The notes under the pieces are model-generated. The model did no database searches. It had not been told where the DNA came from and worked only from the letters and a program-made list of their open reading frames with translations. The position numbers and the translations under genes are program-made. This document shows positions 23,916 through 37,700 of a stretch of DNA of 64,000 nucleotides, one piece after another. The stretch comes from Vitrella brassicaformis CCMP3155 (Eukaryota; Protista; Chromerida): NCBI GenBank assembly GCA_001179505.1, contig CDMY01000288.1, forward strand, positions 69,195 to 133,194, in the 5' to 3' direction. The first letter of the stretch is position 1; each line of letters opens with the position of its first letter.

Positions 23916-24522
23916 GACTGACTCATCTTCCTCTGTCCAGCCGCCGTCAGGGTGTGCACCCATCTACCTATGTGTCACACACAACCAGCAGACAGACAGA
24001 CAGACTGGCATGGCAGGGGGATGTATCTTCCTCGCCTCGCCTTTGCTCTCTATGCGTACATAGTTGTGTTACATATATACGTTAGTGTTGTATCTATGTC
24101 GAATACAGGACAGATTTGTACCGACCGGCTTCCACGTCCCTAAGGCCTTCTTGCGCGTGCACTGAGTCGCAAACATCTTTATTTGGGCCCTTCTTGTCAA
24201 TCGTTCGCACAGCCTTTATGGAGAGAGGGTCATGCTTCTTGTGTGGCTTGTGAGCTGCGTTGCCATCACTGAAATGCAGTGTGTATCCATCTCAGTGTGT
24301 GGAGGGAAGGATTATTAACGAGTATTACATAAGGAGTCCCGCATCTTCAAACTGATCCATCCATCCATCCGTTCGTCCGTCCAGACATACAGATGGACCC
24401 GGCAGCAGCTACAGTACGATGCTGTCAGACAGACAGATTGCCTGGCCAAACCACACACACACACACACACGCAAATTGACAGCGGAACTACAGATAGTCT
24501 GCCTGTATCTTGCTCTCACCGT

Positions 24523-27016
24523 CTAGGGGTCACGAGTTGCCACCACCATTGCAATGTACCCATCCTCAAAATCATCATCATCCCGTGTGTTGATGGTGAA
24601 GCCGCCCACTCGAGTGCCGTCGGGGAGCAGCTCACGAATGCCATCGACAAGATCGTCAGGCTCATCCGGCAGCCATACCCACACACGCCTCAGGCCGCGG
24701 ACACCGGCGGTGAGCAGAGACGACAGGCCGTCGCGGATGATGTTCGCGGCGGCAGAGGCCTCCATCTCATGGGGCACTGAATGACGACACATAGACAAGG
24801 CGGATGGACACACACAGATGATGGAGCACATTCCTGCACTCACTGCCCTCCGGGCATACCTGCTAAGCGCATGCCTATGTTGCTGATCGATGGCAGACGA
24901 TTCGACCCCCAGCCGTCAAAGAGCTCTTCAGTGAGAGTGACCGGATCTACCTCGCCCACCGCATCCCCTAACCCGTCGATAATGCCCACCTCCCTCTCCT
25001 CCCCCAATCCCTCCAGCACGCCGAGCCTGTCCTGTGCACTGACCGCTGCATGAAATACCACCCACTCCACCTCCATAGGCATCTTCTGCGCCAACAGCCG
25101 GCCCGCAGCACCGCCCACAGCGCTCCAGACACACAGCTCATGGACCCTTGGGATCGGCTGCAGGTGGTTGATGATGTCGGGGGCGGGTGGGGTGGTGCCG
25201 GGAGGGGGGTCGAAGCCATTGGCATCGTGAACCATCACGCTCGACACGTTGTCGAATGAGAGACTCGATGCGATCTCGCCGGCCGCCTGGCTGGGGCTGT
25301 CGATGGGGTGGGTGAGGTCATTCTGGCTGATGGTGTAGGTCACACCCGTCGTCTGCCGTGCCGCCTCCTGGATGGCCGCCTTGATGAAGGGGGAGGGGCG
25401 AAGGGGGAACTCGTCGGCGTAGAATAGGGACAGGTCGAATTCACTCGGCGTGACGTTCACGGTGAGCGGGACGTCCGGCGAGGTGCAGCATGTGTTGATG
25501 AAGTCGTCAACAGCCAGCAGGGCGGAGAGGCTGTGGTGGCCCTCAATTCGAGGGACACCCACGTCGAGCCGTCTCAGCGACTTGCGGCAGCCACGCGATG
25601 TGAGCACATCCTACAAAGAAACAAAGAGAGAAGGACGCGATCCGTGTGTGTGTGCACAACAGATGAGGCCTCCCCTGTGTGATGATTGCCTACCTGCAGT
25701 CGTCTCACTTCCCCCTCGAAGCCCTCATATGCGATCCCTCCGATGGTCTGCAGCTGTCTGAGCGGCCCCGGCTGGCGGGCGGATGCGATGGGGAAGTGCT
25801 CAAACACAGCCGCCCACCACTCCCATGACCGCCGACGCCCCTCCACCTCTTTCAGCGACTGAGACGAGCTGACGAAGCGGCCGAGCTGCTTGGCATCCCA
25901 CCCGTCCTGATGCACACGCTCGAGTGCGGGCATCTTCCAGCCCCTGTCGGCCAGCTTACCGTAATAGTGCTCGCCGACGGCACCAGTGACGGCCCTGAGG
26001 GCATGGATGGTGGGGGGCTCGGTGGGGGGAGGAAGGCGAAAAACCGGGGGCCTGGGGCTGGTGGTGGAGTTGAGCAATTGGTCGGTGGCGGTGGTGAAGT
26101 CGATGGTCTCCAGCGATCCCTCCGCCATGAGCTGCTGCCCCTCCTTCTCGCACGCCGCCCGACGTCCGGCCGCATGGCCCTCCACGATGCTTATCATGCT
26201 GCCCAGACACCACCACTGCTTGCGGCGCGGCTGCACGAGGGTGATGGCCGTCAGGTTGACAAGCCACTTGCCGAGCTGGAAGGCCTGCTCAGGCGTCAGG
26301 CTCTCCCAGAAGTGACGGTCGCCCTCGGTAGAAGAGTCGATGGTGATGTGTGTCTGCTGGTGGAAGGCCCCCTTGACTTGCGGCCACTGCTTGCAGAGGG
26401 TTGGCACAGCCGACAGCTCTCGAGGGGTCATGAAGCTGAAGACACAGGACAGGTGGTCGTCGCCAAGACCACCAGGGGCCTGATTTAGGGAGAGCATGAG
26501 AGTGAGCCGCGTCACGAGTGTGGCTGTGTGTGTGTACCATTCTGTTATCATCCTGATCAGCAGAGTTCTTGTGAGTGAGGCGGAAGCCACCATGCCCCTG
26601 GACGTACACACACCACACACATCCGGTGAGTGAGTGGACGTGTGGACGTCGCGTGTACCTGTTGGCCATGCGGTGATGTCGTGGTCTTGCTGTGTGGCAC
26701 CACTTGTTTGAGCTCCTCTTGGTGTCCGCCCACCTCCCTCAAGTGAAGCGCCGTCCGTCCACTGCCCTCCTCGATGCGATACACGTCGGCCTTGACCCAC
26801 CTCTGCTTGCCCTTCTCCCGCCCGTTGGTCACCATCTGCACACGACTGCCCTCTTTGTAACGGCACGGCGCAGAGGACGCCATTGCCTGACGAACCGAAC
26901 AGTCAAGTGAAGGAGCGAATGAGTCAGCGATGCTCTGACATTGATGAGTGTGTGGTGGTTGTGCTTTGACTGACATCGTCGTCAGGCAAAGCAGACGAAG
27001 ATGAAGCCGCTGCCAT
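24523..27016 (-). CDS. Tudor/Agenet-like plus F-box protein, paralogue B
   Basis: CRYKEGSRVQMVTNG...WVKADVYRI (Tudor/Agenet-like GxRV...WxxAxV), then LGDDHLSCVFSFMTPRELSAVPTLCKQW (F-box pattern), followed by the body shared with paralogue A. Ends VVATRDP*. Confidence 0.8.
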
Positions 27017-27296
27017 GGCGACACTCTCAAACACGGCTGACAAGAAGGGCACACTGCCCGGCACAGAGCTGTGTGTGTGTGCATCTCTCTCGGCATCTAT
27101 GTGCTGCTTACCAGAGAGATCTGTCGAGCAGAATCGAATGAGCAATGGCCTCTCTGACAGCCGAGGCGTCTATCGAGGGGGCCGACCTCCCCGGGGCACT
27201 CACGGAGTGCAATTCGCCGTACAACACTCCAATCCGTACATCAAAAGGCGAGCTTATTCGCGAGCTCGGCGATCTGCGCGGCGTCGCTTTCCATCC

Positions 27297-28142
27297 ATGG
27301 CCAGGCCCATTGATCACTGCAAATCGGACCACCCGACGTGAGTGACGATAATTAAGAAGAAGCAAGCAGCCACAGACAGCCGACAGTCACGAGATTCGAT
27401 GCGCAGACGGTGGCGGCAGAAAGACAAGGCACTCCTCCGGCCGTCGGGGAGTGCTGCTACCCCTTCTCGCCTGGATGATGATAAGCGAAGCGATGAGTGG
27501 CCTGCCGAAGAGCTGATGGACATGGACAGGGGCCCTCCCACTGTGTACAAGGCCAGGCGGCCTGGCCAGCGGATCTGACGAGCAATGACGGGCCACTGAC
27601 AGATACTACTGGTCAGGGAGGGAGGGATGGACAGCATGACACAGATGCATGGTCCCTTTCCTTGCGGTCAGGTCTCAGTCGCCTTAATGGGCTGACAGTG
27701 AGTGTCATTGGGCCGCCGGACACCGGTGCGCGGGATGTCCGCATCAAGATGGACGAGCAGCACCTCGCCGCCACGTGCAAAGGGCAGACAGACAGGTACC
27801 CACCCGACACAACCACATATTCACACAGAGGGATCCGCACACTCTGTGTTCTCTCTTCCTCTCTGCTGCAGTGGTCGATGGACACTGGAGCATCGCGTCG
27901 TCAGGACAGACGAGGACGGCTAGACGTGGAAAGTCATCGACTTTGAAGACCCCCAGGCCCCCAACAGCAGCGCCTCGGCGTCGTCAGCCATCTCGGTGGC
28001 TGGTGCAGCTGAGTTTGCAGAAGAGCGAGCGAGTCGCCGAGCTCGGCTTGTCCGTCTGGTGGAGGTGCGTCTTACAGGAAAACCCCAAAATCGACACCGC
28101 CAGACGATATCGATGGAAGGTGGCGTTGGGGGTGAGGAGTAG
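27297..28142 (+). pseudogene. Cdc37-N-motif plus NudC-type CS-domain gene, copy 2
   Basis: Early stop (SDHPT*) and an in-frame TAG in EDG*TWKVIDFEDP. LVQLSLQKS...VWWRCVLQENPKIDT (NudC-like LxK...WW...PxIxT) lies in a different frame. Confidence 0.65.
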
Positions 28143-28744
28143 AGGGCTGCATAGGATTGCGTTGTTGAGTGGGTGGGCGGTGTTGTGATTTCTGATGCCA
28201 TCGGCAAGCCTCGTGAGTCTGTTTCGTCAATCGTAGTCATTTCTTTGTCTGAGCGGGCGTGACCCTATGGGTGTGCTTGAAGGTTGCTCGTGTGTGTGTC
28301 TGTGTGTGTGTGTGTCTGCGCCTGTGAGTGTGACATACATTCCTTCGTGGTGAGAGTGAGTTCAACCAACGATACTGATTGACACACACGGACTGTACAC
28401 TTGCGTCAATGAGGGTCGACACACATGCATGTTTGCAATCGGTTGGTCTCGCCACGCACAAACAACACACGACAAATAAGCCCATAAAAATGCTGCACGC
28501 GAACCTCCCCCATCAGCACCTCGCCCAATAAAGAGTCTCACGAAGAAATGCAAACGCTGAACGAATCCCCCATAAGAAACGGCAGCAACAGGCAACAGAG
28601 CAAAGCGCTGCCTGCGGCAGCTCGTCTGACTGCTTGGCGAGCACAATGGCCAGAGCAGACTGAGTGGAAACCCGCCGGAAGCCAGAAATCCAAGAGCAAG
28701 CAAAAGGCCCCATGGATGCAGGAGCGGCCGCCCACCTCTGAAGG

Positions 28745-31700
28745 TCAGTCATTGAGCATGCAAAGGAATGCGGCTCCCTTGAGCACCCAGTAGTCAGGGG
28801 GCTTCTCGGTCGGGATCTCAATAGCTATCACGAAATTGGTCGAATGACCTGACAAACACAGAACAGCACAGATATGGAGAGACACGTTCTCTCACCCACG
28901 TTGCCCTGTCCGTATGCTGTCATTTCACCTGTGGTGGACAGGGTGCCCGCTCGGACCGATGTCTTGTATAGTGGGCATGTGTAGTCCGACGGGTTGGGCT
29001 TGTAGTGCTCGCACGGCTGGAAGTGCACTATGGGTGCGGGCTCGTACATGACACCCGGCAGCTGGTCCTCAATCACCATCTTGTCGAAGTCCCACCTCGC
29101 GCCGTCGAAGAACATGCCGTAGATGTAGCAGCCCTCTTCCGGCGGCTCCTCGATCTCCCTGCGGACATACACAACGGCGAGATAATCACAAGGTCGATCA
29201 ACAACTGCCTGTTCGCCTACTGTGCGTCCTGGAATTGCTGAGCAATAAACTCAAAGGAGAGGATGTCAATGGGCACCTGATACTTACGAGAGTAGGCCTG
29301 CAGCACAGCTGTCAAAAACCTGCAGCCACAAACACACAAGAGAGAGACATGGAACGGAAACTCTCTGCAACGCTTTAACAGACCCTTGCGGGAAGAAAAA
29401 TGACGAAATCCAAAAGGCACGCGGCTTCCCCGTCTCGATCCATGCAGCAAAGAACTTGACCTGTAGTACCAAATGGCAAGCAGCCATTACGATGGCCTGA
29501 TGATGGCCGCTCACCCACCCGTTCAATGAGGTCTTCGAACCAGGACGTCAGTGGTTTGAGCGAAGGGTAGGCGACCTTGGACCACACAGACGGTACCTGG
29601 TTGTTGAGGAAGGCGCCGTACATGAGGTCGAGATCCTCCGACATGACGATCAGACCCTTGACGGCCTTCTTGAGCAGAGACAGGGAAGACGACATTTTCC
29701 TCAGCAGCCTGTGAAGGCAGCGAAACACATCATGTGTGTGTGCGTCTGGAGACCAGAAAAGGCTCCCTTACTTGTTGAATCGCTGCATTTCTTGTGTGAG
29801 ACACGTGCCGAGCGACTCCATGATGCCCGTCTCTGCATTCTTAGCGAAGGCAGATGGGTGGGCACCCTCCTCACTCAGCAGCTGCACACATTGAGGCGCG
29901 ACCAATATTATTGCCGATGGGTGATTGGGCCATATCGTTGTCCTTACTGCTGGCACTCGTCCTGAGATCGACTCGGCGACTTCCAGGACGATCTGGTCGG
30001 GCGATTTGCCCCCGCCGCCACCCCCCTCTCTAAGACGCATCGGCACACACATGAGAGGCGGACGCAATACACCCTACTCTGTGCTCTCGTCAGTGCCTAC
30101 CTTGGCTGTATGGACAGCACAGTGGTCAGTACAGCGTCTGATTCCTGCTTTTGGAAGTTGATGTTGGCGTTGTCATGCATCCCGAATATCTCGGGGGAGT
30201 CGGACAGAGGCAGCTGCTCTACATAAGACACGTAGGCTGCAAGGTCGCCGTCGACTGGGGCTTTGTAGGTGCCTGATACGCATATGGAGAGACGAATCAG
30301 GAAACCATAAGTCCCTGGTGCGAAGTGAACTCACCGGATTCTGAGAAGACATAGTCGTCCTCCAGGATGCTATTCGTGACGTATCTGTTGAGGATGCTCA
30401 TCAGCAGCCGCCGATCGAGGTCATCCGTCACGCGACCCCCGTAGTTGATCTGACCGATGACGAAGAGCAGCGTGTCGAACGGCACTTTCTCGAAGGGCCC
30501 CTCGAGGATGTTCTTGAGCACAGTCACAGAAGTCTCCAGGTCGCTGTTGTTGAACTCATACCGCACGTTCCATCCGAGCGGCCCGAACTTCCTCCTCTCC
30601 TGCACGATAGCGTGGAAGAACTGCAGGCCGAAGCGGATCTTCTTCCACTCGTGGATCCTCGAGCAACCTTCGAGCTCGGCCTCAGTGGTGTCCATCAGCG
30701 ACCTCTTGACATTTGCGCGGATGCCCTTCGGCGGCTCGTTGGTGAGCTTGACGCCATTTTGCAGCACAGGGACCGGGAAGTATGGCGCAGGCATGGATGT
30801 GAGCCACAGACGGAAGTCGGGGTGGAGTGTGGGGTCCTCAGGGAAGCCCTCAACGATCTTCTCCAGTTGTGGCATCCACGACTTGGCCAAGTGACAGTTC
30901 TGCAACAGTACCCACGAGCCGTCTCTCGATGCCTGCTCGATGAGCTTCTTGGCCCGAGGGCCTTGCCCCTGTCCCAGCGAGATCTTGCCCAGCCGATCGT
31001 CAGGGATACCCTTCTCCGATGCAAATCGAAGGAGCATGCCTGTGGGGTCAGCTCCCGTTGAGAGCACAAAGATGACCGGGGTGGCTGATGTGGTGTCGGC
31101 ATAGATCTCCTCCATCCGTGGCAGAGCCACCTCGACAAAGCTGCGACCCAGGCGCTTCTCGACCACTTGCGCGACGGCGAAAGAGACCTTTTCCTCCCTC
31201 AGCGCCTTGATGACCAAGAGCTTGTGGAAGGGCAACAACTCATTGACCTCCTCATATCTTGCCGGCAGTGGCACCTCTTGCGGCTCTGCGGCGGCAATCC
31301 ACTCCCTCCAGGCCTCTAGGTTGTCCTTGATGTGTTGGCAGATGTCGGAGCAGCAAGTGGCCATGCACTGGGCGCCATAGAGGAAGAGCCAGCTCTTGTC
31401 AGAAATGAGGGCTTGGTCGGGCTTCTTGGGCATGTCCTTGGTGCTGAGAAGACCTGGACCTCGCAGCAGGAGACTCCACTCCTGTGAAGAGCAAGAGACA
31501 TGAGGCGATGTTTCCAGAAGCAGTTTGCTTGAGACGCCTACCGCTGCGTTGATCTTCTCTTCCTCCTGTCTCAGGATTTGCATGGCAATGATGAAGGAGA
31601 AGATGAGCTTGTGGCGCTCGAAGAGACCGCGACAGATGTTGCTGTAGATGACCGAGGTGATGTTTTCAACCAGAATGGCTAGCCGCTCCTCCAACACGTC

Positions 31701-34700
31701 ACGCTTGGCCGACGAGTCAATGACTTTGTTGAAGAGGCGCGTGAAATAGGTTAGCGAGAACTGGTACATGGGGTCGATGTTGGCGAGATCAGCAATGACG
31801 AAGTAGAGAATGGAGCCGCGGATGGCCACTGGGGTGTATTGCTCACGAGCGCGCTTGATTTCGACCGCCATGATTTCTGACTCTTCTACTCGCTTGTTGA
31901 TGTCGTTGGCAGTGACCTTGGACTGGCTGAGTGTGTTGATGAGCTCAATGTCGTCAAGGATCTCGCCAGATGACTCAGACAGGAGACGCAAGATGGTGTC
32001 CTCCTGAAAACACGAACAGAGAGACATCAAGAATCATACATCCGCTTTCTGATGTGGGAGTGTTACCAGTCCCTTGAGTGTGGCTTTGTCCTCGGCCATC
32101 TGTAGGATCAATTTGGTGTTCCTCTCCTCTGTCTCGGGTATCTCCTTCTTGACCACATCACCCAGCAACTGCTGCGTCAGGCCGTCGTAGGTGACGGTGA
32201 AGTTAATGACGGTCACCTTGATGCACACCTCCGGTAGATAGTGCGGGTTGGGCATCTTGGTCGTCATGTAAAACTTGAAATGCATGTCGTAATCCACGTC
32301 AGAGTCGCCTGAAGGAAAATTTGCACATTTGTTGAATAGGCTGGGACAGCCACGAAACCCTGCATGCTCACCGAGGTGTATCTGCAGCCGCCCATTGTTG
32401 TCGAAAACCGCCTTTGCGAGCACTGGTTCCAAAGCGGGATCAAGCTGCTCACCGATGTCCTCAATCTGCAAGGCACTCACTGTTTTGATGGCTGTCGACA
32501 TGTCTGTCTCTGTCAGCAGCGCACCAGCATGGGCTGTCCGAGTCTGATGCATGCCTCAAGGATGTTGAGCAGCCTGGGGTCTGCCAGCTTGGTGATCTTG
32601 ATGCCGTTGGGTGACTCCATGTTCTTGATCCACTTGTTGGCCTGCGCTTGCGGGTCGATCATGAGAGGCCAGCGGGTGCCGCGTGACACCAAGATGCCGT
32701 TGTTGAGAGACACGTCATCAGAGGGAAGACCCTGGACACAGATTAAAACCAAACAAGGAGCTGCTGATCACCGTCTGCACGACTCATACCTTGATGTTCC
32801 AGTCTCTCAGCTCCACTGGATTGCCCATGATGCCCTTGAGGTCGAAGGAATCAGAGGCAGGGACGCTCTGCTCATGTGTCTTCTCCAGCCACTTGGCCAC
32901 AATCTCATCTCTGTACTGGCCTGTGAATGGGCCATAGTATGATATGCATGCAGCTGAGAGGAAGACATCGCCGATGAGGTTGCGAATCTGGCCGGCCATC
33001 ATGTCCACTGACTCCTTCCACCGCACCTGGACAAGAACATCATACGACATGCTCACAAGTGCGCCACACTCGAGCACGGTGTGGGCCTACTTGTTCGTCT
33101 GCAAGGCCGCCTGTCAGCTGCCCTGCTCTCACAAGCCGGGCCTCCGTGAGCTGGGCCTCGTGGATGAGTCTGTTCTTCTCATTGTTCGTGTCCTCCAGCT
33201 GCTTCTCCAGAGCAGCCACCTTGTCCAACACAGACTGCAGCTTCTCCTTTGCTTCCTTGAGCTTCGCGTTGGCAGCATCCAACTGACACACGCACGAGCC
33301 ACAAATCGAACAACTGATGTCAGTCCTTTGCCATCTCACACATACATACCTGAGCATTCATCTCCTCAAGCTTTCGCTTTTTGGGTTCGACCTCCTTGGC
33401 AACTTTTGAGTAGGTGTCCATAGCATGTGTCCACATGCACAGAGACTTCGCCGCCTTGGACTGCGCGCCGACGCTATCGGGAGAGTACTCCGGCTTCTGC
33501 ACGTACTTCTCGAGTTTCTTGAGGATCGGCTGCGGGATGTTGTCTTTGTCAAAGTTCTTGAGGCGGGCTAGGAAGCCGGTGTCGGAGAGGACCTTCTTGG
33601 CCGAGTCCCAGTCTGGCTTTTCACTGAGGAGGATGTTGACGGCCTCCATAGTCATCATGACCAGGGGTGGCGGCTTGGCGAAGGACTTGATCTCAGTGAT
33701 GTCCTTCTTGTCCAGCGAATCGAGGGCAGCTGAGAAGAAACAGGAGAGACGAGAGGCCCGTCAGAAAGAAAAACACGTATCACCTTTTCTTCTGACCGAG
33801 TGCAGCGTTGAGTGCAGGCATGGCGACGTCCAGGTCCTTTTGAGCATCGGCCTGCAATGCTGCCACCTCCTCGGCCTGGGCTCCGACGATCTTGGCCTCT
33901 TCGTCGACCTGGCAAGAAACAAGAAAGCAGCAGTTTTCGTGTCTCGTGCATGAAAATCCACATGCATGGTCTCTCACCTTTGCCTTCTCGATGTCGGCAT
34001 TCTTTTGATCCTCGGTGACGACCACCAAGAGCTCCTCGGCCTCCTGCTTCTTCTGCTTCAGCACAGGCTCAAGCGCTGTCAACTCCTGTGGGAAAAAACG
34101 ATGGCGTGAGTACGTACGAGGCTGTGCGATCGACTCTTCTTTGTTGGCGAGTACCGTTTTGAGATTGGCGACTTCTTTGTTGGTCTCTTCCAGCTTGGTC
34201 ACGCCCACTGCAAGGCGATTGCGCTGCGTGCTGAGCTGCTCTGTCTTCTCCTCAAGCATCTGATGAAGGCAGGCATTCTTGTATACAGACACTGGTCTTG
34301 CTGCTGTTGTCAGATGGGTATGTCGCTCGCCTTGAGATAGAGGCTGATGAGGTCCAGATAGGATTTGGGTGTGACGTAAACGTGTCTCCTCAGGCGCTCG
34401 AGGAAGACATGCGACGTCTCGATCACAGACATATGGACAGTCTTGCACATGTCAATCAGACCGTGCTTGATCGGCTCATCAACCTGAAAACACACTCAGA
34501 CAAAGCAATCACGAACAGATGACCGCGTAGGCGCCTTTGTTCGACCTGCAGGTTGGCGAGGAAACGCGTTGCGACACTCTTGAGGGCATCTTCTGGCCAC
34601 GGATGGAACCAGTCGATAGTGCAGCAGTTGACGAGGGACGGGAACATGCGCATCCGGATACGGAGGGCATCGCCGACGGGGGACATGCACAGGACGATGT

Positions 34701-37700
34701 GGAGATTCTCACGCACACGCTCGACGAAAAACTGATACACGGGATCCCGACCCTCAGACCTACAAACCATAACAATAAGACGAGACAAAAAGGTTGATGG
34801 AGAGCGTCCAATGACCGGCTTACCTTCCTTTTTCCTTTGCGATTGGTCTGAGATCATTGACGATGCGATCGACTTCATCGCTAGGGAAAAGGTTGGGCAC
34901 CTCCCCTGCGTTGAGAATGTTGTTGATATCCTCAAGGAATGTCTCGTCGATTATCTGGCTGTCGGTGAAGAGAAATGTCGTGGGTTTGCCCTCACCCCCG
35001 CCCGCCTTCAGCATGAACTTCCTCTCGTCCTCGCGGAATAAATCCACACCATACCCCTTTACCACAGCCACCTCACACTAAAAGAGAAAAGTCAAAGGCC
35101 ACCGATTTTGCAAGTCTCTTCCGCCGTCGCTGCTTGATTACCGATTCCATTTCGGACAAGGAAGCAGCAAGCCGCGTCAAGGACTGCTTGCCTGAACCTC
35201 CGACACCGACAAGCATGGCGTTGCCGCGTGGCTGTCTAAGGATGCGTGCGATGCGAGACACGTGCTCGATGGCGTCCTTGAAGAAGACCAGATTCATCGG
35301 CGTCGAGTGGGTCAAGTTGTACTCGTCGCAGTAATCTTCCAGCAGCTTCGCGACCTGTGGGTGGCACACATGGTGAAAGGGGCTGTGGCGTATTCGAAAA
35401 GCTGCTTTTCCGTGTCGACTCACCTTGCCCATGTCCTTGACTTCCTCATAAACGCGTTGATCAGCGCCAGGCCGCAGGTAGTCGCCCCACATGATGGTGT
35501 TGTTAATGAATGTGTCATCGGCCGTCCACTGGAGGCGGAACTTGCCCTGCAGAAGCTTGATCATGGCGTCACGGAACCAGCCTAGCGCACGAACATTGAA
35601 ACATAGATACAGAACACACGTCCAAGGGCCCATGTGCTCACCTTTGTCGTTTTCGTCGATGAGGCGGTCATGGAAGACCCTCATTGTCTCGTGGATCCAA
35701 AGTCGCGTGAAGGCATCGGCTGATGTGGCGTGCATGGGCTTGACCATGAGCACCCCCTGGAAGACCTTGGACACGTCACGCAGGTTGAAGGTGTAGTGCG
35801 ACCGGGCGGGCGTCGGCAGCAGCTCAGCACTGATCCGTGTGTAGATCTCTGACACAGAAGCCACACGGAGAGACATTGCAAATGTCTGCTTCTTGCCGCC
35901 ACGGCTCCTTGGTGGCCTACCTACCGATGGTCGACTCCACGACTGGTCGAGACAGCAGCGCAACCTCTGACTTGAAGCCCTGCGCCAGGAAGCCCTGGAT
36001 GATGTGCATGAAGATGACCGTCATGGCCTCCTCAGAGGTGGCCGGCATGCACAGGATGTGGGAGTGGCGGACGAACCGGGGTGTGAGTTCGTTGCGGCCA
36101 CCACCGGGAGGCGCGGCACACAGAAGCAGCATGGTGTTCTCGATTTCCTTCCAGAACAGCTTCTTCCGGTCGTAGAAGCCCTTGAAGTCCTGGAACTGTC
36201 GCAGCAGCTCGATTGGAGGCTGTGCGCCGTATGTCTCGACGGCCGGCATGTTGACGTCATCCACGAAGACGACCACTTGATCCACACCCGGGGGAGCGCC
36301 GAGCTGTCAAGGACCGGAGAACAAAGTATGCTCGTCTGTCTGTGCCTGTGCCTGTGCCTGTGTCTGTGCAAAGTGGTTGGATCAGCCCTGCTTACCAGCG
36401 TCTTTCTCTTCTTCTCCAGTTTGCCTTCGATGGTGAGCTGGCTTTCGATGGCCTTGGTCTGTGCGGAGAAAGTCATGAAGATGGGCGACACCCTCCCGGC
36501 AGCCTTGAGCTTGTCCAGCAGGTTGGCCGCAATCACAGACTTGCCGATACCAGACACACCTGCACGACACGAGGGGGTAGAGTCACGGATCCACAAAGGA
36601 GTCTAGTCTCTGTTGTGTCGGATTGACCTGTGAAGAAGACGGACGCTCTCTGGTGTATCATTCGGTCTAAAACATAGGCGAAACGCACTGTGTCCTTGTT
36701 AGGGACAAGAAGGCTGAAGTAGGATGCGTCAGGCGTGTAGTGGAAGGTTGGAAGTATTTCGTCCCAGGCTCGAATCTTGCCGAACTTGAGGTCCACGAAG
36801 CCGTCATAGACACCTCCTCCCCTCGGCCATTGCACGCCCTGATCGATTATGAAATGCATCTCAGTAGCAAAAGTCGCTTTTGTGTCTTTTACCTCTCCCA
36901 TTTGGTCTTCTGCAAACTTGGCGAACTTCTCCCGTGTCAGAGTGTCGAGCGATCCCCCGAGGGCCCACGTGTAGGCAAAGGCAAACACCATGGGAATTAG
37001 GCTCTCGACAAACTTCTCGCCACTCTTCGTCACATCCACTGCCGGCTTTCCGTCCTCTGCGTCGACTGAACACACCACACCAGCCATCAAGTGAAAGCGT
37101 TTGTGACACATCAAAGTAAGACACCGCCTGTGGTCGCACCTGAGGCGATGCCGTTTGGAGTGCCGGCATTCGGATTGAGGACGGCGTGGAAGAGATTGCA
37201 GAGCGAGTAGACGAGATTGTTGTCCACCGATACCACGGGCTCGACGCAGTTCTTGCGGACGAACGCCAGACCTTTGTCAACATGCGCCTCAAAGAGATCC
37301 CATATCTTGGTCTTCAGATTTTCACTGAAGAGGCCTGTTGGGAGACTGCATTTAGGTGTAGAGACATGAAAACGATTTGATTCAACAAGTCCCTGGCAGC
37401 TGGCTGTCTGCTCTCTCACTTGTGCAGCCAAGTCTTGGCATACGGCCTCCATCCCAAGTCAGACGGCGTGAGGTAGACCATCCCACATCGGCTCACTGTA
37501 GCAGGGGAGGCCACAGCGAGGTCCTGCACCTCGAAGAGCATCCGCATCTCCTGCTTGAGCTTGATGCGCTCGCCATTGGCAAGACAGAGGGTCATGTTGT
37601 CGTCGAGTACGGTGTTCATGTTCTCGATCCAGATAGCGTCGACTGGCCCGTCAAAGATGGTCCACTTCTTGTCGGGAGTCTCCTCAGAGACATAGCCCCT

